Below, in pieces: positions 10,560 through 21,418 of a DNA stretch of 32,356 nucleotides. A model generated the notes under the pieces. It was not told where the DNA came from and did not search any database. It saw only the letters and a list, made by a program, of their open reading frames with translations. Each line of letters starts with the position of its first letter. Position 1 is the stretch's first letter. Origin of the DNA: Perkinsus chesapeaki ATCC PRA-425 (lineage: Eukaryota; Protista; Perkinsozoa). Made by a program: the position numbers and the translations under genes. Location of the stretch: positions 1 through 32,356 of the forward strand of contig JAAPAO010000404.1 in the NCBI GenBank assembly GCA_013115145.1, in the 5' to 3' direction.

Positions 10560-13500
10560 TCAAAAAGTGGGGTACCGTAATCCCCTCACCTCAGCGGCAG
10601 AAACGAATAGTTTGTCGGCGGGCAGGGCGAATCGGCGGATCTCCGGCATGAGGTTCTTCACTCGAACTTGGAACATCGTACTCGGTGACTCATCCGTGGG
10701 AGGCGGGCTGGTGTGCCGTCCGTGGAGCAGCGTGTCGTAGCCCTCGTCCATGCCAACACTGTAGGTACGCGGATCGTAGGATGCGAAGGACCCCAATGGG
10801 GAAGAACTGCCGATGTAAGGCTGAGCACTGCGGGCGCTGCCAGTTGCCGAGGCTGCTGAGGGCGTCGCCGGCTGCTGCTGTTGCTGATAGGCTGGCTGAC
10901 CTCCGAAGGTAGTGCCTCTGAAGCTGGCGGTGGAAGGTGGACCCCACACGCTGCCTCTATCTGCCAGACCGTGGGACCACACAGATGCATCTGTGTTAGG
11001 GAAGGGAGCATAGGAGGCATGCTCTGGACTTGGCATTGGTTCCCATACGCTTCGAGTGGGCGATATATCGGAAGACACTCCAGCAGAGGTAACAGACGGT
11101 GGCCTAGCAGGTTGAGGAGCTGTTGCCGGGGGTTCTCGGACATGTTGAGCTAATGGTGTGGTGGGAAGAGTTGCGGCAGCACTCACCCTTGGCGTCGAAA
11201 CGCGAACCGGCGGGCGCTGCGGTGGTAGTGGAGGAAGTGATGGAGGAGGCGGAACAGCTGGTTGCTTCGGTTGCGGGGCTGGTCGTCGGGAGGATGATGC
11301 TGTCTCGGGCCTATCTACCTGCTCCGCGGGTGACCGGTCGGCCTTCACCTTCACCGGGGCCTTCTTCTTATCTACAGCAGTTTCGGTTACAACCTTCTGC
11401 GTAGAGGCCGGTGTCGTCGTGATCGGTGGGGGCACCTTTTTGGCCGGAGCTTTCTCGGGAGTCCGACCTGCAACTGCTGCAGGAGGTACCGCGGCCTTCG
11501 CAACGGGCTTTGCGGCTTCCTTCTGCTGTGCCTTCGCCGCTGCCTTCTTAAGCTCTGCTTGCTTGGCTTTTTGCTCCGCCAGAATCTGTTGATGCCTCTT
11601 CTTCTTGCTTTGGACTGCACACCAAGCCATGTCAGCGGACCGCTGAGCAGCCTCAGTGGGGCTAATGGATGCCGCTGGAGGTTCTACAGCCGGTGGTGGC
11701 TGCAACAGCGAGGCTGCTCTCTCCGCGGCGGTCTGCTTGTACTTGCCACTATGAACTATAAGTTCTAGTTCACTATCATCTTCCTCTTCGCTGCCAGCCA
11801 AGTCCGTGCCCTTTCCTGAAGCAGTGTCAACATGCCCACTAGTGGCCTGTGAAGCGTCATCTTCATCTTCAGTTGCCGCAACCTCTGCTGTTGCAGGAGT
11901 CTTCTTCTTCTTGGCTGCCTTCCGTGCTTGTGGCTGCTGTACCGTCTGATGTTTTCCTCCAACGGTTCCTGCGGCCAACTCCAAAGCCCGTTTGCGGTCC
12001 CTCTCAGCAATGCGCGTTTCAAGTACCAACAACCACTGAGCATAGATAGACTTCGCCCTACTAACAGTGTTTTGTTGCCACTGTTTGGCATCAGGCTCCG
12101 ACGAGGCACAGTAGGCGGCCATCCACTTGTTCAAGTCATCAACGCTTCCCCAAGCTTGGATGCATGCATGCCACCAGAGCTGGTCCTTCGGTATGGTGAG
12201 GGTCGCAGGCTGCTCTCCATGCTGGGAGGAGGAGCCCTTCTTCTTCGACCCCTTCTTCCTGTTACCCTTCTTGGAGAAACCAGCAAGACTGCCCGCCCAC
12301 GCCTGCTCGATTTGGGCCGGCAATGGTGGGGCGTTAGAGACCGCTCCTGATGCTGCCATAACTTGCGGCGTCGGCAAGACTGTGGTGAACTTCTGCTTCA
12401 GCACGTTCATGGACAACCTCGCGTCCTTCTTCACCAGTCCGGTAACCACATGGCGTGGAGTGCAAACTAGTTTACCGCTGCAGCCATTGGTGTAGACACA
12501 GTTCTCATTTTGGCGATCTCGGACCAGGTTTTGGATGCACATGTCGTGGAACGCCCTCTCAGGATGGCAGCCTTCGCTGCAGCGTACCCTGGCTGGATGG
12601 AGCGCCGTGCCCAGAGGCATATCGCACTTGAAGCATCGGGGACCTTGAACCACCCTTCGCACGTGCTCTTGGATGGTTTCCACCGATGCCGAGTCAATTA
12701 GCTGCTCCGGAGTGAGCTGCCTGCCCATGGGACCCGTGAGAACGCTGCCTTCGGACGTTCTGGTGACATGCCAGCCGGAGTCGATTATCTTACTCTTTGC
12801 AGGAGGTCCAGCCTTGGCCTGAATTTCCACACTCACTTGCGCACTGAGCACAATGCCTACCTTATCACTAGCAGGAGCAGGGTTGCTGGCAGGCGCATTC
12901 TTTTCCGTTGCCGCTTTCTTTGGCGCTTTATGGGGAACCTGAACGATGTACGATAACATCGAGGTGATCCATTCACTGCATCCACCTGTAGCTTTGGAGG
13001 GATCAGCTGCCTCTGATGTTCTTTGCAGAGACCTTCCATGGCGTCATCAAGCTTGGCAGCTGCTTCGGCTATATACCTCTCAGCGACTCTAAGTTCTCCG
13101 GGTGTCGCAGCACCCAACGTGGCGGCCAACTGAAAGCACGGACCAGCTCAGAAGGAGGATGTATAGGAGCAATACCTGCGAGGCCGACAAGGTGCCGCTG
13201 GACGTAGTCGCTGCTACCAACGATGCCGTCCTAGGTACGAGAATCTGAGCAAAGAAGACTCTCATCAAGCCGGCCATGGCGATGGACTGGTACCTTCCTC
13301 TTAGCAGCAGTTCTAGTGCTCACCGTATCAGGCACGGCGGCTTCTGGTGGTGGCGCTGGTGTCTCCTCATGGACGCTGTCTTGCTGTATTGTGCCTGAGT
13401 ATTAAATTAGCCATTTTCCGCTTCACTGTGAAAGCTACTACCTGGAGACATAAAAATAAGTATGTCTCCGTCTATAATTTTTTCCTCTTTCACTGTTCGA

Positions 13501-16500
13501 TTCACATCTCGCTTCACCGACTCTCGAACGTTGACCTCCTCCCAAACCTGAACGGCTTCATCCATACTAGGTGGAATATGTTCAACGAATACCTCCACAG
13601 CGTCAGCATCTGTGCTCTCGGCGATGGTGGCGCCATCAGGAGTGTGGCTGGCTATTTTGGCTCGCACAGCGGGAAAGTAGTCCCTAAGCTTTTGGCGGAC
13701 ATCAAAGGTCATCAGACCGATGGATACCAATCTTAGACTCTGAGAAGCAGTCCTTAAGCCACCGAAAGCAACCAGCAGCCCACCTTGGGATGAACGAATT
13801 TGACCCACACAGTAGCCTCCTCAGAGACCATAGGAGGACTCTGCTGTGCTCCCTTCTTAGCGACCGGCTGTTGTTGCTTCGTTGCCGTTGGCCTCTTCAT
13901 CATACACAGGACCTAGAAAGGGAGTCTGTGAGCCTGACAAGTGACATTCACCCTTACCACAACGTGCCCTATGATGTTTGAGTTGGCCCGCTGTTTGTGG
14001 CGGTCACTCCGAGTAGACTGTCGCCGCTGCTCTGACGCATCATTCGACTGTTGTTGTTTCTGTTGTTTGCTGCCTTGCTGTTGATTCGCCAGAGCTGCTT
14101 GATGGGCTGCTGCTTGCACCGTTGATGGCATATACGATGCAATCTGATATAGAGGTAATTGCGCCCAAGCTGGAGAGTTTCCGGGCCCTACCATCCTTGA
14201 CGGCGTCATCAGTTCGAATCTCTCCTGATGAGTATCAGCGTAATAGCGCAGCGCGAAGAGCCTCTGCAGATGCTTAGGAATCTTGAAATGCTCCTCCACC
14301 TGCAAACCAAGAACATCTCCGCGAGCCCATCGCGCCTGTTGAAGTCTCACAGCCTTCATTAGCCTCTCCACGGGGATATCCTTTCTCACCAGGAATTTCC
14401 GGCCCTTGTGGGGAAACATGCCATTGAGATAATATCCGTCAACCTATGCCAAGAAGACTCGTAATAGTCAAAGCGACCGCTGGTAGCCTACATTAGTGAG
14501 TTGCCCCTCAGTGACCAATGTCACCTCGATCTGCATCGACGCTGAAGCCGCTGCCGCCAAAGCAGCAGCTTGAACTGCTACATTGATAGGTGGGTGCAAG
14601 TGAACCTCCTCAAGGTCTCTTACTTTCCTGACTCGACTGGCCGTTCTGTTCTGCTCTAGCCTGTGCCAAAGAAAGCTGGTCATATAAGAGAGGGGAGTGC
14701 CCTGATGGATGCAAGGCATGCTCTCTGGCCACCAGCTGATGACACTGCAGATGTATAGGCTAAATTGAGAGGGGAGTTACCGTACAGAAGTAAGTTGGCA
14801 GTGATGACGTTACTTTGTGAATAACTGGTCCTCTCGGTAAAGTCGCATTGACATCAGCAAATAAGCTAGGTCTAATATGCCTGAGACGATGATGATAATA
14901 GTAACCGCCATCTCAGTAACGATGAGCAACTGACCTGAAGTCGACTCCACGTTCATAGAGGCGGTCCTCTTGATCCTCCCTCACATAGCAGAGCCCAACG
15001 CATGCCCAGTCAGGCGAGAATACCCATTCAGAGCAGTGGAAACCATCCTGCAGGACCTGAGGCAAACCCAGTTCTCCACGCTAGATGACTTAACTACCTC
15101 TCTAAAGCCGTCATCAATCCTGCACCATCTCCCTCTGCGGCTCTGACGGACAAGCACGTAGTAGTGGCCCACCGAGAGATCGTCAGTGTCTGCGGCTCCG
15201 CAGACGTTCGTGCAGAATGTGACAGAGTGGAGACGATAGCGGAACTCAGAGGTTCGACAAGGGTCCTGAAAAGGCCACGTTGCTCTGTCGCGATAATCAT
15301 CGGGTGCCATGGAACCCACCGCGGCTTTGGCCGATAGTGCAGCTGCTGGACTGTCGTCACTGCTCGAACCACTAAGGCTTGCCTTATCCTCAGAAGCATC
15401 GTCCCCTTCAACCCTGCCAACCACAATGTGCAGTTTTTTTCGCATAAGCACGACTCTTACTTCTTTTTGTCATCGACTTTTCCAGTCGCTCCTCCTCGCG
15501 AAGGTACCTGACGATCGGTGATAAGCCACTCATCCCCCGATAGCTACTCTACCTGTTTCTGCCGCTGTCCTGCCGCCTCCACCACTACTGGGTCCATATA
15601 TGGACTGAAGTCCAGCTGCTCAGAAATATCAAGCCTACACCGGTAGAGTCTCCTCGGTATCACACAGGCTCCTCAGCCTACCGTTCCTTGATTTTGTTAA
15701 TGAACTGCAGATGCAGGATTGGAGGTATGCTGATGAACTGACAGCTCCGTTTATTTCCGGACCCGTCATCTGAAAGCCGAGGACGGTCTTTCCACTACGG
15801 CTCTTCTAACTTACCTTCGCCACCAGTCGCGACCACGTCTCCATGGTTGCCGCAGCAGGTACCCCCGACGTTGCCACATTCCACAGTACTAGCGAGGTTC
15901 TGGGTCCAACAGGACAGATGCTTCTCGATGGAGCCTGCTGTAACACGTCCGACACAACGATGCCGCGAAGTTCGTTGCTTACTGCTCTTTCCGTTGTTAA
16001 AACGCAGATGGCTGAAAGAGTAAGCTTCGCTAGTCGGCGAGTCACGATCCTGAGCATAGCGAAGATCCAACGCCACCGCGCACTCTGGATAAGTACTACA
16101 GGATGGTTGTGATGGTGATTGTTACCGCGGCCAGTAGTGGAGGATTTAGACTCATCATCCTGAAGGTCAGGAGTACTAAGGCGAACCGAAGCCAAACGGA
16201 AACCGACCTGATTCGCTGCCGAGTAAACCGCCCACCCCTGGAGAAGATCAGCGAGCCTCTCCCATGCAGACTTTGATATCAAACTAAGACAGCAGCACCA
16301 ATCCACTTCGTCCCTTTGGTCACTTTACCTTGCATGCTTCTGCAGCTTGTCAAAAAAGCTGGAATATATTCTCTCGGGCGACACACTGCAGTTTGGCCCG
16401 TTGAGACCGAGGGCTTTGATGACACCCGATGTGTCAATTACTTGGCACGTGCATGGTATGGGAAAATCACTTTCGGGTGGATCCTCGTCCGGGCCCCTTT

Positions 16501-19076
16501 CCTGCACCATAGACCATTTTCTTGGCGCGCGACTTATTATCCTACTTTTGCTCCATGGTCTTTTATATTTGATCCCTCGCATATGCGACAGATGCCGCTC
16601 GCATCTTGCTGCATCTCCATTCGAGCGAACAGCAGTTGGAGCTCTCGAATGAGGCAAGGCTGCGGTGGTGCTGGAGGGGTGTCATCGGGATCATCTAATC
16701 GAACGTACGATCCTCGTCCGTGCATCGCTCCGCTGAGTTTTACCACCTTCATCTTTGTCCGACTCTTCCTCTTCCCCACCGCTAAGCCCTTCATCCTTCT
16801 TCCTTAGAAAGGCAGCAATTTCGTCTCGTAGAAGTTGCTGTTGTTGTAGCATATAGTCGACACACTGCGTAGAATCCATTTAGTCATCCCAGATACCATA
16901 ACCATCAACTCACCTTGTTTAATTTCCTCATAACACTCCTCAGCATCAGCTGATGCTTCTGCAGCTCGCCAAATCTGGGATGCGAAATCCTTCTCTTTTC
17001 ACAAGACAGAAGCTCGTCCACGATTTCCATCAGCTGCTCAATCACCACTCGAGACTACAACCACGACGACAGGATCACCAACGCACGGGTCTGCTGCCAA
17101 CACACCTTTCTGAACCTCCCGAGGAGATGCCTCTCCATCTCGTCAAACCTCTTGGCCGCAGCGGCACCTAGAGTAATCTGTACTGTCAGGCTGTCAGAAT
17201 CATCTCCTACCTCTGCGGTTCGATTCTGATCCGCTGCGTGGTTCTGAAGCCGGTGGCGTTGCCGGCCTCCTCTGCGATGACAGTAACTCCCTCTCAGCCA
17301 CTCTGGCGTACTCGGACCTAGCCATCAGTCTTTAAACCTTCTCGCGGTAGAGATTCCTCACTTTCCAGTAACCAATTCCATGATCATTCTCAAGTCACCA
17401 CAAACTCCCTCCAAATCATCCTCGATAGACTGCAGTGCCTCCATACGCTCCTCAATGCACGCGGCGGCCTCCGCATCGACGCTGCCTAGGTCGGGGATTC
17501 TGAGGTATCTCAGATATCCTACAGTGATGTAGTCTAGTACTACCCGTCCCCGAACGTAGTGTAAAGATCAGGGCCATGAGTGGGCTTCGTCTCGATCCCA
17601 TATATCACCTGCGACGCGAATTCCCCAGAGACGAAATCCCACCGTCCTACCTTCCGAACAGCTGGGATATAAAAAAGACTTTGCAAGAGGGAGTTGATGT
17701 GATCCGTAGCCAGGACGTTGGAGAGCAGCGGGCCTCCAAGCGTTCCTCCTTTCGTAATCAAATCGCAGTCACAATCCGCTTTGCTGCAGCTCGAGCTGCT
17801 ACTCTCCTCATCGCCTATCGATCACTAAGTGACCCTTTGACCCATAATGCTTTACCTTCGTATTCGCCCTCATCGCATTCATCAACACCATCCTCTTCCT
17901 CCTCTTCTTCCATCCTAGCTATGGCCCACAATGCCTCCCTGTACTCTGGTGACAGCGGTTGGCGAGACCATGTATCGTGCGTCATAGACCGGGTGAGGGG
18001 GCCGACACTCAGGGGATGTGCAAATCTAGGGTACCTACCGAAAGAGCTCCCAACAGCCGCCGCTGAACCATTGGTCACTTACACACTGGCTCGGATTACT
18101 AGTGTACCGTCAGAGCTCAAATATCCATCACGACGATTAACAAACCTAGTAGGAAAGATGCCCCTCGCAGCGTGAGAAATCGCACCTTGTGTCGAGTAGA
18201 GTATGCCACCCTCGATCGGGGCAGACGTAGCTGAAGGTCCAGGTATCGGTTTTGGTGTATGGCCACTTGTGCTTAGTATTCATAACCGATATCTTATAGT
18301 ACACACACGGGCAACACCTAGCAATACCAAACTCGACCTCTTGGCGATGATGATCGTCCCCTCACAGTACCAGTCCGGTGGGTAGGGCTCCAACGGCTCT
18401 TTATCTTCCGGTTCCACTGAGTTAGTGGTTACTACCGGTTTGCCAGCTTCTATATCATCCTCGTCTTCATCCGAGCTGCTATAGTCGTCAACGGGATCGA
18501 TGTCCTCCACTTTGGCTCGCTTCCCTCTGGACGCGGTATCTGTCGAGTCCACACTGGATCAGTGCACGCCCAGCATCTACACTACTGTCGACATCGCTGC
18601 TGTCATCTGAGCCATCGGCAGGCTCGTCACTTCCAGTGGTCGAATTTGAAGTTTGGGGCGGTACAACTTCGACGAAGGCCGATAAGTGATTGTGAGAAGA
18701 TTTTGACCTGAGCGACCGGTGCGAGGAGGTGGGATCAGGATCGGCGTACTACCCTTGGGGCCAAACAAGAAGCCTGAAATTAAATCCGCGAACGTTCTTT
18801 ACATCACTACGGACACACACGCGAGGTCGTGTGTCCCTCCAGAAACGCTTGATTACGAGTTCAACCTACCACAGGAAGGAAATGCGACACGACCCGACCT
18901 CGTTCGTATCTTGCAAGGTTGAACCTAAGATATCCTACCTCGTTCTCTCGAAGAGGTGCGAACCCGTTTTGCTCTGCTCCAGCCTGAGGACGGCCATTGG
19001 CCGCTGCTGCTGAGTTCTTCGTGGAAGTAACACTACTGCTCACGGCGTTGGCGGAAGAAGCAATGGTGCCGCTCAT
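10560..19076 (-). CDS. USP7/UBP12-like protein: MATH + USP domain (catalytic Cys replaced by Asp) + two UBL domains + C4HC3 zinc finger + long disordered tail
   Basis: MATH: VELVIKRF..VRGFNFRLLVWPQG..HLSAFVEVV..WTFSYVCPDRGW..DGYLSSDGTLVIRASV. Cys box: SNVLATDHINSLLQSLFYIPAVRK. Also RELQLLFARM; His box YRLHSV..GHYYVLVR..RWCRIDD..LCYVRE. UBL1: MQIEVTLVTEGQ..FLVRKD..LQRLFAL. UBL2: VWVKFVHPK..VWEEV..IIDGDILIF. Canonical introns join 13400-12940 in frame to the 799-aa last exon. One junction near 17519-17574 needs a GC donor or a frameshift. Confidence 0.85.
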
Positions 19077-19220
19077 TCAAAGTGCTGAAGCAGGTAAGAT
19101 TCGAACCACCTCAGGAGCGACTACCGCCGTAAACCACCACACGACGTCGCTCCTCGAAATGCGTTTCGCGCGCGCCCAGACTCTCAAACATTTTCCTCGT
19201 GGGCCATCACCATCTTGCCA

Positions 19221-20494
19221 ATGCTGACGGACTCGCAGCTTGTTCAGCCTCTAGTCAAGGACCTATTTGTTCGGTAAGATATTTTACGAGGTCGCTTGGC
19301 GACTCCCACAGGTTTTGAGCGGTTTTGCTCTGCGGTACAATTACATTTTTCCTGTTGTCGGGAAATTTTGGGAGCTTAGTCGGGTCCTATTAGTGGTGCA
19401 GGTTGAAGAGGGCTTCCTGGGGTCGTATCTTGAGCTTAACCATACATTTTATACTCGCCAAGGATACTTCGAGGTCGGTAGGTTCTTCCAGGATTTACAA
19501 GCAGCGGAAGATTACCGATCTACGGAGACCCGAGCTGCTACGGATATTCAACGGATATTCCGCGGTGCCATTATAAGGTTCCAATACGAGAGGGTAGTAG
19601 GAGGGTGTCTAAAATCTATCGGGTGCGAAAAGATACCAATGCGGTGCCCTCAGACTCGACGGGCAATAAAACTGATACAGCGCGTGTTCCGAGGTCACGT
19701 GGGGAGGACTAAGGCGGCAGCGGCCAGGGTAGCCAACAAACCCAATTGAGTTGTTTCCGGAACACATCAACTAGACGAAGGAGAACGGCAGGCGACAGCT
19801 CGCGTTTTTCCATGCACAAGCGGAGACGATCCAGCGGTTCTTCAAGGGCTTTTGGTCGAGAAAGTACATGCATGACTTTTATGCGATGAAGAGGTGGTCT
19901 AAGGGGGCGTATCTGTAGAGGAGCCGGCAGTGTAGGTACCTCGCTGCGGTGGCGGAGAGAGGCGAGCAGTCACGGAGCTATCTGCAGGAGCAGGCCGAGG
20001 TTAAATTAAAATCCGAAGAAGAGGTAGGTAAGCTGTGAGGATGAATAGGGGTATGGAGGAGCCTCAGGAGACCACGCGGATGCAGGAGGCTGCAATAAGG
20101 AAGATTTTGTCGGAATGCGGCCACTTGGTCTCTACTAACTCGGTACCTTTTGCTGTGGAGTTGGCAGCCAATCAGTTAGTGCTGCATTTAGTGTCCCGGA
20201 GTCTACAATCCTCCCTACGGAAAGGCGCTGCCACATGTGCTCGGCGAGGTAGAGTGCAGCACTTCTCCGGCGTTATTCGGATGCGTTTCAGCCTGTGGAG
20301 GCACAGATTAGGAAGTACTCGAAGCCAAAGGTTGTCAAGAGCATTCGAAGACCGAAGCCTTTTGAGAAATCCCCGCCGCGAATGAAGGTTAAACTTTCCG
20401 CACTGGGGCGTGGGATTGCGGGCATCAGGTGGTAGCGGAACGAGCACAAGAGGAGGAGAAGCCCGAAAGGGATGAAGCGGCAGATTTGGTATAG
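19221..20494 (+). CDS. SPATA17: IQ-motif protein, SPATA17-like (flagellar); 3' end approximate
   Basis: Three IQ motifs (AATDIQRIFRG, IKLIQRVFRG, ETIQRFFKG), then RKYMHDFYAMKR|YLAAV..HLVSTNS|VPGVYNPPY, matching the SPATA17 pattern RKYxFNYY..HYLLST.QIPGIYN.P. Confidence 0.75.
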
Positions 20495-20517
20495 TTCGCT
20501 TATAGGGGAGCTACCAG

Positions 20518-21253
20518 CTATCTGTAGGCATTTCGAAAGTTCTCGCTTTCGACAGTGACAGCAAATGTGGGGAGGCGGCAGCCGGTCCAGGGACCCTTTA
20601 GGACAAGGCAACAGGTGATAAGGGAAGGGACAAGGGATGGGTGGATGGGGAAGGGACTTGACTGCAGATCACATTGTCGAACTCGAGAGCAGAGAATAAC
20701 TTCCGGTCCTTGACGAGCTCGGTGAGCTACGATAAGGTCGAACAGGAAATTAGAATGCAGAAGAAGATTTCTAAGCTCACTCATAAGGGCCCGGGATTCA
20801 GAGTAGGCGGTGGATGCGCGGAATCCGAGCTTAAAAGAATCTTATAGGTCATGAAGCCTCACGTATCGCGGTATGGCCCAACCGTCCAGTCGGATAGTTT
20901 ATATTCGGCACCGGTGAGATAGTAGTACGCGAATGGCGGGAGGAGCGCTGTTAGGCGGAGTTTCGGAGTGACTACCGGGAGCTTCCCAGAATACCTGGAA
21001 AGGAGAAGTTCTACGTTGCTCTGGAATCCGGCAAAAGCTTTCAGGTGTCCCTGGAGATCGTTGGTCGGGACAGCCTGTACGATCAGGACTATACCACCGA
21101 CTTTGGCCCAGATAAAGCCTGCAGCTCTGCTGCATCTGTGCCTGTATTGCCTTCGGAGGTTGCCCCTCCTAAATGATGACATGCTACTATTACAGTGTTG
21201 ATATTATGGACAATAGTCTGTTGCGTTAAGTACGACAATAGTAGTACCGACAT
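20518..21253 (-). CDS. Hypothetical multi-exon protein
   Basis: Exons such as AFAGFQSNVELLLSRY..PPFAYYYLTGAEY..GPYRD|ILLSSDSAHPPP..PYE|LTELVKDRKLFSALEFDN| with GT-AG introns. 5' exons ambiguous. Confidence 0.4.
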
Positions 21254-21418
21254 TGCCTTTTTCGCGAATAAGCTTGTGGAGCTTACCAGACACGGATTGA
21301 AATCAAGTTGGTGATAGACTAAGTTTCAAACGTTGACTGCATTCAAGAGCATTGTCTGCACACGGCACATGGAGTTCTGTTCAATACGGAGCTGCCAGGG
21401 TTGTGCCTTCGCCTCTCT

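Noticed and set aside
10685-12701. Several plus-strand and alternative-frame ORFs of 60-160 aa
   Set aside because: They overlap the 799-aa last exon of the USP7-like gene; expected shadows of GC-rich low-complexity coding sequence.
17576-18175. 199-aa plus-strand ORF
   Set aside because: Antisense to the MATH end and USP Cys-box exons; no independent motif.
3847-20494. Flagellar gene cluster (PIH1, QT-motif proteins, SPATA17)
   Set aside because: Only two recognisable ciliary genes 14 kb apart among unrelated housekeeping genes; not distinguishable from chance.
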